Assembly (NCBI GenBank): GCA_963755125.1
Contig: CAVWIP010000018.1
Span: forward strand, 192,001-256,000
From: an uncultured delta proteobacterium
GTDB taxonomy: Bacteria > Myxococcota_A > Polyangia > Fen-1088
Direction of reading: 5' to 3'
Length of the DNA stretch: 64,000 bases
A program made the position numbers and the translations under genes. Positions 1-9,731 of this stretch are shown here, one piece after another (position 1 is the stretch's first letter; each line of letters opens with the position of its first letter). Below the pieces are notes generated by a model, which saw only the letters and a list, made by a program, of their open reading frames with translations, ran no database searches and was not told where the DNA came from.

Positions 1-3000
1 CTGCCAGCCACCGCGTGTTTGCTGCGCGGCTGGCAGGCCCGGATGACGACGGCTTGATCCGAAAAGCGACCTTCGAACGACCCAGGCGCTTCCCATGGCT
101 CAGGCTTGGTCGGCATTGGGGGCAAGCGCTGGAACCAGTTGGACGGCACGTCCAGCATCACCGCCCCGCGCCCCGCCAGTCCCAGGGCGAGCCGGCCGTC
201 CGGCGCCTCGGCCATGGCCACCACGTCCGCCTCGGTGAGGGCCGGGACCGCTGGGTGAAGCGGCCTTGCCAGACCCTCGTTTTCAAGCAACCAGAGCCCG
301 CGCCCCGCCAGCCACACGCGCTTCGATCGATCGCGCATGATGATGCCCACCTCGTTGTCGAGGCCGCTGGGGTGAAGCGCCTGGCAGTTGCCCCAGCGCA
401 GGTCGTACAGGCACAGCCCCTGGTTGCTGGCGATCAGCAACCGGCCCTTGCTCCAGGCCAGCGCGTCGCGGATCTGCACGCGGTCGCCGTCGATGGTGAC
501 CGGGACATCTTCGATGAGCGGGACGCCCCCTGCCTCGTTGAGATCAAGACGGGCCATGGTCCAGGAAAAGGCGGCGAACGGCAAGCCGATCCAAGGCGGG
601 CCAACACCCGCAACAAAACGCAGGGGCTCGCCCACCGCTGACTTGACCGAGAGGATGCGCAGGCCCCCTCGCATGTCGAACGCGCTCTCCCCTGCCGCCA
701 GGGTGCCGTGGCTGGAGGAGGGCAGGCTCATCACCATGCGCCACTTTCCGTCCGAGAAGTTCCACAAGCCCTGGTTGTCGACATTCCACAGCTGCCGGTC
801 AGGGGTGGCAAAGGTGTCGTCGGGTTCAAGCGCGAGATCGTCCTGGCCCATGACCTGGAAGTTGCCGCCCTTCCACTGCCCGGTGACGAAGGTGTCCTTC
901 AGTCCGTGCATGTGGCCGATGTAGTACCGGCGCGGCCCGGCCTTGGCCACGATAATGTTGGTCTTGTCGTCGAGCGGAATGCTGACCAGGGCCGCCCAGA
1001 TGCGGTCCTCGCCCTCGTTGCGTGCCACGCCCATCAGGTCGCGCGGCGGCGCCACGGTCTCGGGCACGGCCCGCCAGGCGCCGCCCGAATAGAGCACGGG
1101 GCCGCCGTGGCCGTAGAAGGCCAAGCCGTCACCCATGCGCACGATCTCGGTGGGGAACGAGACAGAATCCTCTCCCTCGAGCAGGTGTCGATGCATGCTG
1201 TCGGCGCTGATTTCTAAGAAACCCCCGCTCGCCAGGGTCAGGATGACCCGCTCGCCGTCGAGATGGGCCCTGCCCACAGTGCGCAGGTCTGCGCGGGCGC
1301 CACGCTGGAGCCTGAAGCCCACGGGTCCCATGCCGTTCCATTGCTTAAACTTGCTGTCGACCTCGGCCACGTCCTGGGCTGACACCACGATGGCGCCTGC
1401 CCGGCCCGCGTCCAGGATCTGCGTGATACGCGCATCCGGCGCGCCCGACGGCAGCCTTGTGCGGTCACTGCCCGCGGACCAGAGCGTGACGGCTTTTCCA
1501 CCGGTATCGACCCTGACGATGAAACTCAAGGGGCCCTCGGGCCGGGTGGTGCCGCCAAAGGCCCATACCTGTCCGTCGGCAAGCTCGCTTATGCCCTGCA
1601 GCCCGGCCCAGCCGTTCTTGGTCGGGATCTCCTTCATGATCCCGGCCCCCAGATCGATGACGTGCAACTTTGCTCCGCGGTCTTCGCCATCGCTGACCAC
1701 CCACACGCGGTCCTTGCTGTCGAGAAAGAATCTCGTCGGCGCGTCGAGGGGATACTCGCGCTCGTTGCTCAGATCCTTGAGCTTGTGCGCGAATCCGGTT
1801 CCCGCACCCGACCCCAGGGAAACGCGGCTAGGATTGCTGGTGGCCACCAGCAAACCGGCACCTGCTTTCCGGCGGCCGATCCATTCCGGCCGCCCGGCAA
1901 CCTCACCGACCTGAGTCAGGGAAAGGTCGGCCACATTGACACGCACGATCACCCCGTTGGACAGACCTGCGTGGATGCTCTTTTCGTCGCCGGGGCCGAT
2001 GCAAACGAAGCTCCGCGGCGTCTGCCGGTCGCCGAGCGGGCTGAAGCTACCGCGATCGAATACGATCAGGTTTCCAGCGCGGCCCAGGGCGACCAGACGA
2101 TCGCCCACCAGCAGACTGTCAAGCAAGGCGTTCCGGTCGACATGAACCTCAACCCCGAGCGTCCTGCTACCCGGCTTGCGTGCCACCACGCCCGGGGCTG
2201 CCCCGACAGCCTCCTGCCGCCCCGATTCGACGAACTGGGAAACCATCAGAAACGCGCCGACAGCCAAGACCAGCGCGCCCCCTCCCAGTGCCGCCAGCAA
2301 CGCCACGCGGAGCCGCGATCGGACCGGGCCGGGCGATTGTCCCAAATCGGGAAGAGTCGCAGGGCCGCTGGCCTCCGTAATCGGTGACGCCGACACGGTC
2401 GCCGCACGCCCTCGGTCTCCGCCCAGGACTCCTTCCGGCGACGGAGATCGCGCGGTCGTGCCCGGAGACGGAGTACCGACGCCTGGGCGAGGAGCTGCGG
2501 CCTGCGCAGGTCTCGCCGGGGCCGCAGGAGTAGCAAGGGATGTTCGCGCCGACGATGCAGGGGTCAGAATGCCTCCAGCGCGGGGGCTGGGTTCCCCCCC
2601 GGAAGTCGGCGGCTTGCGGGATGCAGGGGGAACGGGCGTGGCCAGCCTAGGGGCTGGTGGCGTCGCTACCGGCGGCGAGTTGGCCGCGCCTCCCGGTCCC
2701 GCAAATTCGGCAGGCTCAGGCAGCTTCAGCGCCGCAGCCAGCGCCCGCACAGCAGCCGAGGCCGCTGGAGAAACCGGCGGTGGCGGTGCCGGCGACGAGC
2801 TGGCCGCGCCTCCCGGTCCCGCAGACTCGGCAGGCTCAGGCAGCTTCAGCGCCGCAGCCAGCGCCCGCACAGCAGCCGAGGCCGCCACCGTGGAACGCGG
2901 GACGGGCGTCTGCGCGGAGGTGGCGCCGTCTCCGGGCTGCGCAGGCTTTCCGGCCGGGGCTGCGGGCGAAGCAAACCCGGTGGCTGGCAAACCGACGCGC

Positions 3001-3104
3001 GTACCCGGCAAAGGCGTCCGGACAGGCGAAGAGCCCGGCGTGGGCACACTCGATCCAGCTTGGCCGCCATCCTGGGGTGGCTTCGGGGGGGGTTCGGGTG
3101 ACAT
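1..3104 (-). CDS. Large membrane-anchored beta-propeller-like protein with Pro/Ala-rich N-terminus (3' end beyond window edge)
   Basis: Manual translation from ATG at 3104 (MSPEPPPKPPQDGG...) stays open to the left edge, which would explain its absence from the ORF track. Pro-rich region, one hydrophobic helix (VALLAALGGGALVLAVGAFLMV), then blade-like segments (FFLDSKDRVWV, MRDRSKRVWLAGRGLWLL, MAEAPDGRLALG). Confidence 0.75.
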   Translation of the reverse strand, partial: MSPEPPPKPPQDGGQAGSSVPTPGSSPVRTPLPGTRVGLPATGFASPAAPAGKPAQPGDGATSAQTPVPRSTVAASAAVRALAAALKLPEPAESAGPGGAASSSPAPPPPVSPAASAAVRALAAALKLPEPAEFAGPGGAANSPPVATPPAPRLATPVPPASRKPPTSGGEPSPRAGGILTPASSARTSLATPAAPARPAQAAAPRPGVGTPSPGTTARSPSPEGVLGGDRGRAATVSASPITEASGPATLPDLGQSPGPVRSRLRVALLAALGGGALVLAVGAFLMVSQFVESGRQEAVGAAPGVVARKPGSRTLGVEVHVDRNALLDSLLVGDRLVALGRAGNLIVFDRGSFSPLGDRQTPRSFVCIGPGDEKSIHAGLSNGVIVRVNVADLSLTQVGEVAGRPEWIGRRKAGAGLLVATSNPSRVSLGSGAGTGFAHKLKDLSNEREYPLDAPTRFFLDSKDRVWVVSDGEDRGAKLHVIDLGAGIMKEIPTKNGWAGLQGISELADGQVWAFGGTTRPEGPLSFIVRVDTGGKAVTLWSAGSDRTRLPSGAPDARITQILDAGRAGAIVVSAQDVAEVDSKFKQWNGMGPVGFRLQRGARADLRTVGRAHLDGERVILTLASGGFLEISADSMHRHLLEGEDSVSFPTEIVRMGDGLAFYGHGGPVLYSGGAWRAVPETVAPPRDLMGVARNEGEDRIWAALVSIPLDDKTNIIVAKAGPRRYYIGHMHGLKDTFVTGQWKGGNFQVMGQDDLALEPDDTFATPDRQLWNVDNQGLWNFSDGKWRMVMSLPSSSHGTLAAGESAFDMRGGLRILSVKSAVGEPLRFVAGVGPPWIGLPFAAFSWTMARLDLNEAGGVPLIEDVPVTIDGDRVQIRDALAWSKGRLLIASNQGLCLYDLRWGNCQALHPSGLDNEVGIIMRDRSKRVWLAGRGLWLLENEGLARPLHPAVPALTEADVVAMAEAPDGRLALGLAGRGAVMLDVPSNWFQRLPPMPTKPEPWEAPGSFEGRFSDQAVVIRACQPRSKHAVAG
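2669..2885. repeat. Intragenic direct repeat, 2 x 97 bp, period 120 bp
   Basis: 2669-2765 vs 2789-2885 differ at 4 positions; in frame, encoding AASAAVRALAAALKLPEPAExAGPGGAAxS twice. Confidence 0.95.
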
Positions 3105-3185
3105 TCTGCAGAAGACTAGGATACACGAGGACCCTGGCGTGCGATACGCACACGCTTTTTCGCGACCCACTCCTCCTCGCGCGAA

Positions 3186-4520
3186 CTACTTGCTTCCCAG
3201 CAAACGGGCCTCGACCACCGGCGGATTCGCGAAATCGTTCCACAGGCGCTCGAACAGCTTGCTGTCCGGCTTGCCGTCGAGCACGACGAACCGGTACTTC
3301 AGCTTGAGCGGCTGACCACGGCGAACCGCGATCGGACCGTTCTTGCTGGGCGCGAAACCCATGACCGGCTCCTCGGGATCGATGAAGACGGCCTCGGGCC
3401 GGTTGCTGTTTTGTGGGTGGGACAGGATAGCCACGCCGGCCAGCTTGCCGCTGCTATGTCCTCCCAGATAGCACCAGCGCGCGGGCGCGCCCTGTGCCCC
3501 GGTGCGCGCCTGACCTTCGGACGTCAAGAAGATCGAATGGCCTGCCCCCTGCCAGTCGCGGTTGCCACGCAAGGTGATCCCGCCAAACGGATTCTCACCC
3601 AGCGTGGTCTGAGCGGTCAGGACCTCCTGAAGTGACTCTAGATCCAGCACGGTGTAGGGCGCTCGCGCCGAATCACGAAACGCGGTCACCGACCAGCCTT
3701 CGCGCAAGACAGTGGCGCCCGGGTGGCCGCCGTCGAGGTTGGAGAAAAACTGATGCGAGCCGAACCCGCCACGAAGCGGCCCGCCCCACAGGGGAGCGAC
3801 CGACTCCATGGCTGCGCGGCCTTTCTTGAGGCCGACGTCCCAGAGATCGGGATGGCTGCCTTCGAACTCCACCTTCTGCCAGCCGGACCAGATGCCGTGC
3901 TGATAGAGCCTGTCCTTGGGATAGTCATCGGTGACCACCACGCCCGCTGGCGAATAGATAGGATGAAGATAGCCATTGCGCCAGTACTCGGGCGGGATGT
4001 CCTCGCGCTCGGGCTTGGGCCGGGTCTGATAGGTGAGGATCGGCTTGCCGTCGACGGTCAGCTTGACGCCATCAGGAGCCTGCACGGCCAGCACGCCGCC
4101 TTTCCCCGATGCGGCTTCCGGCTCCCCGTCTTCCGCCAGGTAGGTTGCCTGCGCGCCCGCCTTCAGTGCCTTGACCCGGAACACCACCTGCCCGTCCTCC
4201 TGCGTCTGCGAGGGCACGCGCGCGCCGTTCGGCTCGCGCAGCGACGCGGAATTGATTGGCGGTGTTCCGGGCAACTGGACGCTCACCACGACGTTCTCGC
4301 GCGCCAGCGGACCGGCCTTGACCGCGATCTCCCAGCGCCGATGCAGCCCTGCCGCAGACGCCTCAGGCTGCGGCGAGGGAGGCAGCGGCGAAGTGGTCGC
4401 TGAATTGGTTCGCTGCGCGATCTGCTGCGCAGGGTTCGGCTGTGACGGCTTGGATCGACCGCAGGACGAAACGCACAACACGGCAGGGAGAAATGTCAGG
4501 ACAAGGGTCGAACGAAACAT
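3186..4520 (-). CDS. PmoA-family (DUF6807-like) lipoprotein
   Basis: Motif GYLHPIYSPAGVVVTDDYP..QHGIW and C-terminal LKYRFVVLDG; start moved to ATG 4520 (MFRSTLVLTFLPAVLCVSSC), which gives a lipobox-like signal. Confidence 0.7.
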   Translation of the reverse strand: MFRSTLVLTFLPAVLCVSSCGRSKPSQPNPAQQIAQRTNSATTSPLPPSPQPEASAAGLHRRWEIAVKAGPLARENVVVSVQLPGTPPINSASLREPNGARVPSQTQEDGQVVFRVKALKAGAQATYLAEDGEPEAASGKGGVLAVQAPDGVKLTVDGKPILTYQTRPKPEREDIPPEYWRNGYLHPIYSPAGVVVTDDYPKDRLYQHGIWSGWQKVEFEGSHPDLWDVGLKKGRAAMESVAPLWGGPLRGGFGSHQFFSNLDGGHPGATVLREGWSVTAFRDSARAPYTVLDLESLQEVLTAQTTLGENPFGGITLRGNRDWQGAGHSIFLTSEGQARTGAQGAPARWCYLGGHSSGKLAGVAILSHPQNSNRPEAVFIDPEEPVMGFAPSKNGPIAVRRGQPLKLKYRFVVLDGKPDSKLFERLWNDFANPPVVEARLLGSK

Positions 4521-4576
4521 GGCGCGAAAGCTAACCCAGAGAGAGCGTCTCGGGAAGAGCACAGGCGGGCGCACAG

Positions 4577-5860
4577 TCACTGCCGGCGCACGGCCCGACT
4601 TCTTTGTAGCCGGTACGCCAGCAGCCCTACCGCCAGCGTGGCCAAACCCACGAAACTCTCCCGCGGCCGCTCGGCCACGGTGAAGCCCGTGGCGCCGAAC
4701 ACAAAGGCCAGAAACAGGGCCGGCACCCACGGCCAGCCCGGAACCTCCAGGGCCGGACCTCGCTTGTGTCGCTGCCACACCAGGCCCAGCACAGTGGCCG
4801 CGGTGACCAGGCTCAGGGTGAAGCCGACATAGGTGAGCAAGCTGGCGAAGGCCGCCGTCCACAGGGCCACCAGGGCGATCGCGGTCTGCACGAGGAGCGC
4901 CACCCGCGGGGGCCGGCCCGGCCGCACCGCCAGCACGCGCGGCAGAAAGCCGTCAGCCGCCATGCGCGCCGTGACCTGGGGTCCGGCCATCGCCAGCGAC
5001 GAGATACAGATCGCGAGCACGAAGGCAACCAAACCTGAAACCACCTTGGCTAGCCGCAGCCCGCCCAGGACCAGGGCGGCGATGCGTCCCACATCGACCT
5101 TTCCCGCAAGCAGGGACGCTGGCGCCCCCAGCACAAACACGGCATTCAGCCCAAGGTACAGCACGGTCACCAGGAGGGTTCCTAACACCAGAGCCCGGGG
5201 CAGGTTCTTCTTCGGCTGCGCTACCTCGCCGCCCACGTACACAGCCGCGTTCCATCCCTGGTAACTGTAGGACACGATCACCAGAGCCACGCCCAGGCCC
5301 GCCAGTCGACCGGGCCCTGCCAGGTTGTGCAACCCCTCATGCACCAACTGCCCCATGCCGAATCCGGTGAACAGCGCGATCACCACGATCTCGATGCCCA
5401 CGGCGATGATCTGCGCTCGCGCTCCGGCGGTCAGAGAGACCGCGTGCACGGCTGCCGCAACCAGGATGACCGCCGTTCCCGTCAGGCGGGGCGACGCCAC
5501 AGCAGCGCCTCCGAAGGCGGACACGTACTGCCCGAATGCGTAGGCCAGCGCGCCCATCGGAACAGAGAACCCCACCAGCAGCGAGACCCATCCTGCCAGG
5601 TAGCCGAGCGCCGGGTGCAGCGTGCGCGACAGGAACACGTACTCTCCGCCCGATTCGGGGATGTGCCGGGCGAGAGCGCCGTAGCAGAGAGCGCCCAGCA
5701 AGGCGACCAGGCCGCCCAGCACCCAGACCAGCAGCACCAGCCAGGCCGAACCCAGATCGGCTATCAGCAGACCGCTGGTGGTGAACACACCCGTGCCCAC
5801 CATGTTTGCCACGACCAGGGCGGTTGCGCTGGCCAGCCCGAGTCGTCTTTCGCCGTCCAT
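4577..5860 (-). CDS. APC-family amino acid permease
   Basis: ANMVGTGVFTTSG, PESGGEYVFL, YSYQGWN, ~12 TM segments; start at ATG 5860. Confidence 0.9.
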   Translation of the reverse strand: MDGERRLGLASATALVVANMVGTGVFTTSGLLIADLGSAWLVLLVWVLGGLVALLGALCYGALARHIPESGGEYVFLSRTLHPALGYLAGWVSLLVGFSVPMGALAYAFGQYVSAFGGAAVASPRLTGTAVILVAAAVHAVSLTAGARAQIIAVGIEIVVIALFTGFGMGQLVHEGLHNLAGPGRLAGLGVALVIVSYSYQGWNAAVYVGGEVAQPKKNLPRALVLGTLLVTVLYLGLNAVFVLGAPASLLAGKVDVGRIAALVLGGLRLAKVVSGLVAFVLAICISSLAMAGPQVTARMAADGFLPRVLAVRPGRPPRVALLVQTAIALVALWTAAFASLLTYVGFTLSLVTAATVLGLVWQRHKRGPALEVPGWPWVPALFLAFVFGATGFTVAERPRESFVGLATLAVGLLAYRLQRSRAVRRQ

Positions 5861-5870
5861 TGCAGTATTG

Positions 5871-6338
5871 CTACTTGCCTTTGCGCTGCAGGGCCAGCAC
5901 CAACTGCGCCCAGGCGTCGCGTTCTTCATCCGACGTGAACGAGATCTCCACGCCCGCCACCAGCGCCTTGCGTTTGCCCCCGGCGTGCTTCTCCACGCGA
6001 AGGACTTTCCCGATGATGTGACGCGCGCGCCGCGCGACGGTGCCGTCCGGCCCAGGCACGGTCAGATTCACCTCGTCGCCGGCCATGACCGGCAGCGAAG
6101 TTTCCAGCAGCATGCCGCCTGCGCCCAGGTTGCGGATGCGCGCTCGCTCATCACCCGGCCTGCCAGCCTCCCGCCCGGATTCACTCCCTGTGGCCAGCGC
6201 CGCGGGCAACCGCACGCTGACGCGTGGGTACCGGCGGCGCTGCGCGGTTTCCACCTTGACCAGTCGTTGCAGCGCCGCCGTGACCGGCGGTCCGTTGGCC
6301 ACGCGCAAGATCGACGTGCGGCCGACGTGACAGCCCAT
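5871..6338 (-). CDS. PilZ-domain protein
   Basis: RRRYPR (RxxxR) and NLGAGGM motifs; start uncertain. Confidence 0.7.
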   Translation of the reverse strand: MGCHVGRTSILRVANGPPVTAALQRLVKVETAQRRRYPRVSVRLPAALATGSESGREAGRPGDERARIRNLGAGGMLLETSLPVMAGDEVNLTVPGPDGTVARRARHIIGKVLRVEKHAGGKRKALVAGVEISFTSDEERDAWAQLVLALQRKGK

Positions 6339-6662
6339 GCGACTGGTGTAGCGAACCACTGCCGCACGCCCTGCCTCGAGCCCCTCCGGGCACGCCGGGA
6401 GGTCGGGAAAAGTGAAAATCACCTCACTCCGCCGCAGGCTGAAAACGAATCCACACAGAGCCACCGCAGAGCCATCTGGGAGAATTTCTGCCCATTGTCC
6501 GGGGACAAGCTTGGCGTCCAGAGCGATTCTCCTTGGCGGCTGGCAGAGCCTGGGAACCGCTTCAAGGAATCGATTAGGAGCAACGGCGGTCCCTAATTCA
6601 ACATCGGCTTGTTCGCGCCACTACCTGAGGACGATTCCCCCGCCATCACGAAGGCGCGGAAA

Positions 6663-7820
6663 TCACAGGGCGCGCAAGGCGACATCGGCCAACTCCTCGT
6701 CGGAAAGCTGCACCGGGTTGCCGCGCATGCTGCTGGCGGCCTTGGCCTTGACGACCAGGGCGGGGATCTCGCTGGCCGACAAACCGTGGCGGCCGAGGCC
6801 GCGAACCTCAAGCGCCTGGCAGAGATCGCGAACCCAGACCACGCCGGCGTCCGCTTCGGCGCCGTGCCGTCCCGTCACGATCTCGGCGATCTCACGGTAG
6901 CGAGCGCGCGCGGGATGCTCGGGCGCACGCGCGGCCAAAGCCCGCAGGTTCGCTTCCATCACCGGCGCCAGCAAGGCCGCACAGATCGCCCCGTGGGGGA
7001 CGTGCAACATCCCGCCCAGGGGAGCAGCGAAGCCGTGCACGGCGCCCAGGCCTCCATTGGCCAGGCACAGTCCGCCACACAGGCTCGCGAGCATCAGGTC
7101 CTCGCGTGTGTCCACCGGCAGCCCCGAGCTGTATGCCCGACGCAACGCCCGCGCCGAACGCCGCAGCCCTTCCGCGCCCAGCGCATCGGTCAAGGGATTG
7201 GCCCTGCATGAAACCAGTGACTCCAGCAGGTGCGACAGGGCGTCCAGGCCGCTGCACGCCACCACCGATCCAGGCAAGCCTTCCAGCAGATCCGGATCGA
7301 GCACCGTGAGAATGGGAAGCAGGTGCGGACTGCGCAGGCTGACCTTGACCCTGGCAGCCGGAACCCCGATAACCGCGTTGCGGGTCACTTCGGCGCCGCT
7401 GCCGGCCGTCGTAGGGATGGCCACAAAGGGCAACGGCCGCTCCAGCAGAGGCTGCCCACTGCCCACCACCTCTAGATAGTCGAACAGGTCGCCTCGGTTG
7501 GTGGCCAGCGCGGCCACGGCCTTGCCCGTGTCCATGGCGCTGCCCCCACCCATCCCGACCACCGCGTCGCAGCCCTGGCGCCCAATCTGGGCCCGACCAG
7601 CCGACACCGATTCCACCGTGGGCTCGTGGTCCACGGCCAGCACCACCGACTCGATGGCGGCGGCGGCCAGCAACGATCGCAAGCGATCGGCGCCCGGGCC
7701 TGGCAGATTGGTCGCCAGCAAGACGCGGCGCACGCCCTGGGCGCGCAGTGCCGCGGGCACCTCCGCCAGCTTGCCTGAACCAAACAGCAGCCGCGTAGCG
7801 GTCGCGAACTCGAAGCTCAC
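6663..7820 (-). CDS. Iron-containing alcohol dehydrogenase
   Basis: [38 protein letters not shown] start overlaps the upstream TGA (GTGA). Confidence 0.93.
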   Translation of the reverse strand: MSFEFATATRLLFGSGKLAEVPAALRAQGVRRVLLATNLPGPGADRLRSLLAAAAIESVVLAVDHEPTVESVSAGRAQIGRQGCDAVVGMGGGSAMDTGKAVAALATNRGDLFDYLEVVGSGQPLLERPLPFVAIPTTAGSGAEVTRNAVIGVPAARVKVSLRSPHLLPILTVLDPDLLEGLPGSVVACSGLDALSHLLESLVSCRANPLTDALGAEGLRRSARALRRAYSSGLPVDTREDLMLASLCGGLCLANGGLGAVHGFAAPLGGMLHVPHGAICAALLAPVMEANLRALAARAPEHPARARYREIAEIVTGRHGAEADAGVVWVRDLCQALEVRGLGRHGLSASEIPALVVKAKAASSMRGNPVQLSDEELADVALRAL

Positions 7821-8131
7821 CACGTCGCATCCTCGGTGACGTTGAAATATTTCGTGCTCGTGCGCGGCTGAGCCATCATGGATGCCACCGTGTCGCGCCA
7901 CTTCTGATAGTGAGCGGTTTCCTTGTGCGCGGCCGCACCCGCCGGCCCGTGGTAGACCTCGATGAGCACGAAGTGTGTTGGGTCGTCGATGTCCTGCACG
8001 ACGTCGAAACGGGCCACCCCGGACTCCTTCACGCTCTCCTGGGCATTGGCCAGCGTGGCTAGGCGAAATGGCTCAATCATGTGAGGCTGGACGCGGACCT
8101 GGACGAGCACGACCTGGAGAGTGTTGGGCAT
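7817..8131 (-). CDS. Antibiotic biosynthesis monooxygenase (ABM/LsrG-like) protein
   Basis: [27 protein letters not shown]. Confidence 0.88.
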   Translation of the reverse strand: MPNTLQVVLVQVRVQPHMIEPFRLATLANAQESVKESGVARFDVVQDIDDPTHFVLIEVYHGPAGAAAHKETAHYQKWRDTVASMMAQPRTSTKYFNVTEDATW

Positions 8132-8264
8132 GGCCAGAGAATAGCGCGCCCTTCCTGAAACCGTATCACCAGAACGAGCATCATAAAGATGCCGCAGTTC
8201 ATGGCCAGAGGTTCATTGCTGCGGAGCACAGAGAGGAAGATCCCGTTTGCTAGAAGAGGGACAG

Positions 8265-8603
8265 ATGGAGCTCTCAGGCAAGCAGTGTGTGCCGTGCGAA
8301 GGTGGCGTTCCGACACTCAGCGCCGACAGGGTGGGTGAGTTGCTGCGCGAGATACCCGGCTGGCGGGTGATCGACGACCGCAGCACTTTGAGCAAGGAAT
8401 TTCGCTTTGCCGACTTCGCGGGCACTATGATGTTCGTGAATCAGATGGCTGCCCTGGCCGAAGAGCAAGGTCATCACCCTGACTTTTGCGTCCACTACGA
8501 TAGGCTCGAAGTCAAGCTGACCACGCACGCCATCCACGGACTATCCGAAAACGACTTCATCGTGGCGGCCCAACTGAACGACCTGGCCTCCACCACAAAA
8601 TAA
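8265..8603 (+). CDS. phhB: Pterin-4a-carbinolamine dehydratase
   Basis: CVPCEGG, EEQGHHPD, THAIHGLSENDFIVAA. Confidence 0.92.
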   Translation: MELSGKQCVPCEGGVPTLSADRVGELLREIPGWRVIDDRSTLSKEFRFADFAGTMMFVNQMAALAEEQGHHPDFCVHYDRLEVKLTTHAIHGLSENDFIVAAQLNDLASTTK

Positions 8604-8668
8604 GGGAGATTAGCCGTGCCCGACACCACAAAAAAATAAGGGAGATTAGCCGTGCCCGACACCACAAA
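8591..8668 (+). repeat. Tandem duplication of a stop-RBS-start junction (33/36-bp units plus a 9-bp third copy)
   Basis: caccacaaaa-taagggagattagccgtgcccga at 8591-8623, the same unit with 3 extra A at 8624-8659, then caccacaaa at 8660-8668. Confidence 0.95.
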
Positions 8669-8936
8669 TGCGGTAGCTTTGCAAGTGATGGAGACTCAAT
8701 CGTGGCCGACGTCGGCTCTTCCTGTCGAAGACTTGGAGGCTTCGGGCTTTCGACTGGTCGAGGTCAAGGTCTTTAGCGCCACCAAACGCAAAGACCGAGA
8801 CCGCCTCGACGAGGTGGCCACGGCCTGGTTGCAGGACCACCAGAACTTCGACCGTCTGACTGCGCGGGTGACGCTGTCCTCGGACCTGGAATACCACTGC
8901 TTGTCCATCACTTTCATGGGCTGGCAGCGGATCTAG
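8652..8936 (+). CDS. Small hypothetical protein (VKVFSATK...SSDxxYHCLSIT type)
   Basis: RBS AAGGGAG before GTG; resembles small myxobacterial proteins I recall, function unknown. Confidence 0.7.
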   Translation: MPDTTNAVALQVMETQSWPTSALPVEDLEASGFRLVEVKVFSATKRKDRDRLDEVATAWLQDHQNFDRLTARVTLSSDLEYHCLSITFMGWQRI

Positions 8937-9068
8937 TAAGGCGTTGCCTCAAAACAGGGAGGGATCTGTGCCCTGTCGGTTGTGGCGAAGCGGCCGGACT
9001 TGCTCTTGCGCGCAAGGCAGGGCAGGTTAGCGACTTCCTCCCACCCCTAACCGAAGGAAGCCGGTTTC

Positions 9069-9731
9069 GTGCAAGCACTCATCGATCTGTTTGGCAAGAT
9101 CTACAACGTCCAGAAGATCGTCGAGTTGGGTGGGATGTTCGCCCTGGTCGCGGTGGTCTTCGCCGAGACGGGTCTCCTGGTGGGATTCTTCCTGCCCGGC
9201 GATTCGCTGTTGGTGACAGCGGGCGTGTTCTGCACCTCCGCGAACCCGACTCATGCACCCGTGCTCAACATTTTCTGGCTCAACCTGGCCGTCGCCGTCG
9301 CCGCCGTGGCGGGCGATCAAGTGGGCTTCTTCATCGGCCGCAAGACCGGTCCGAAAATCTTCAAACGGGAGAGCTCGCTCTTCTTCAACAAGAAGCACCT
9401 CATCCGCACCCACGAATTCTATGAACGCCACGGTGGCAAGACCATCATCATGGCGCGCTTCATACCCATCATCCGCACCTTCGCCCCGGTGGTGGCCGGC
9501 GTGGGTCAGATGAACTATCGCCGCTTCGTCAGCTACAATGTTTTCGGCGGCGTCGGCTGGGTGCTGAGCATGACCTTGCTCGGCTACGGCCTGGCGAACG
9601 TCTGGCCTGACGTGACCAAGCATATCGACAAGCTGATCATCCTGATCATCTTCCTGTCGCTCCTGCCTGGTATCATCGCCTACGCGAAGAATTATCTGGC
9701 CAACCGAAAAAATGCCCCGAACACCGTCTGA
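9069..9731 (+). CDS. dedA: DedA-family (VTT domain) membrane protein
   Basis: FAETGLLVGFFLPGDSLL, ARFIPIIRTFAPVVAG. Confidence 0.93.
   Translation: MQALIDLFGKIYNVQKIVELGGMFALVAVVFAETGLLVGFFLPGDSLLVTAGVFCTSANPTHAPVLNIFWLNLAVAVAAVAGDQVGFFIGRKTGPKIFKRESSLFFNKKHLIRTHEFYERHGGKTIIMARFIPIIRTFAPVVAGVGQMNYRRFVSYNVFGGVGWVLSMTLLGYGLANVWPDVTKHIDKLIILIIFLSLLPGIIAYAKNYLANRKNAPNTV

Noticed and set aside
3186..4520. Methane monooxygenase implied by the PmoA family name
   Set aside because: Soluble beta-rich lipoprotein, not a polytopic pMMO subunit; no pmoB/C nearby.
6340..6660. Riboswitch or ncRNA upstream of the PilZ gene
   Set aside because: Short hairpins only; no family consensus recognisable by eye. 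An Rfam/Infernal scan would decide.
8591..8668. CRISPR mini-array
   Set aside because: Units are directly tandem with no unique spacers, and there are no cas genes.
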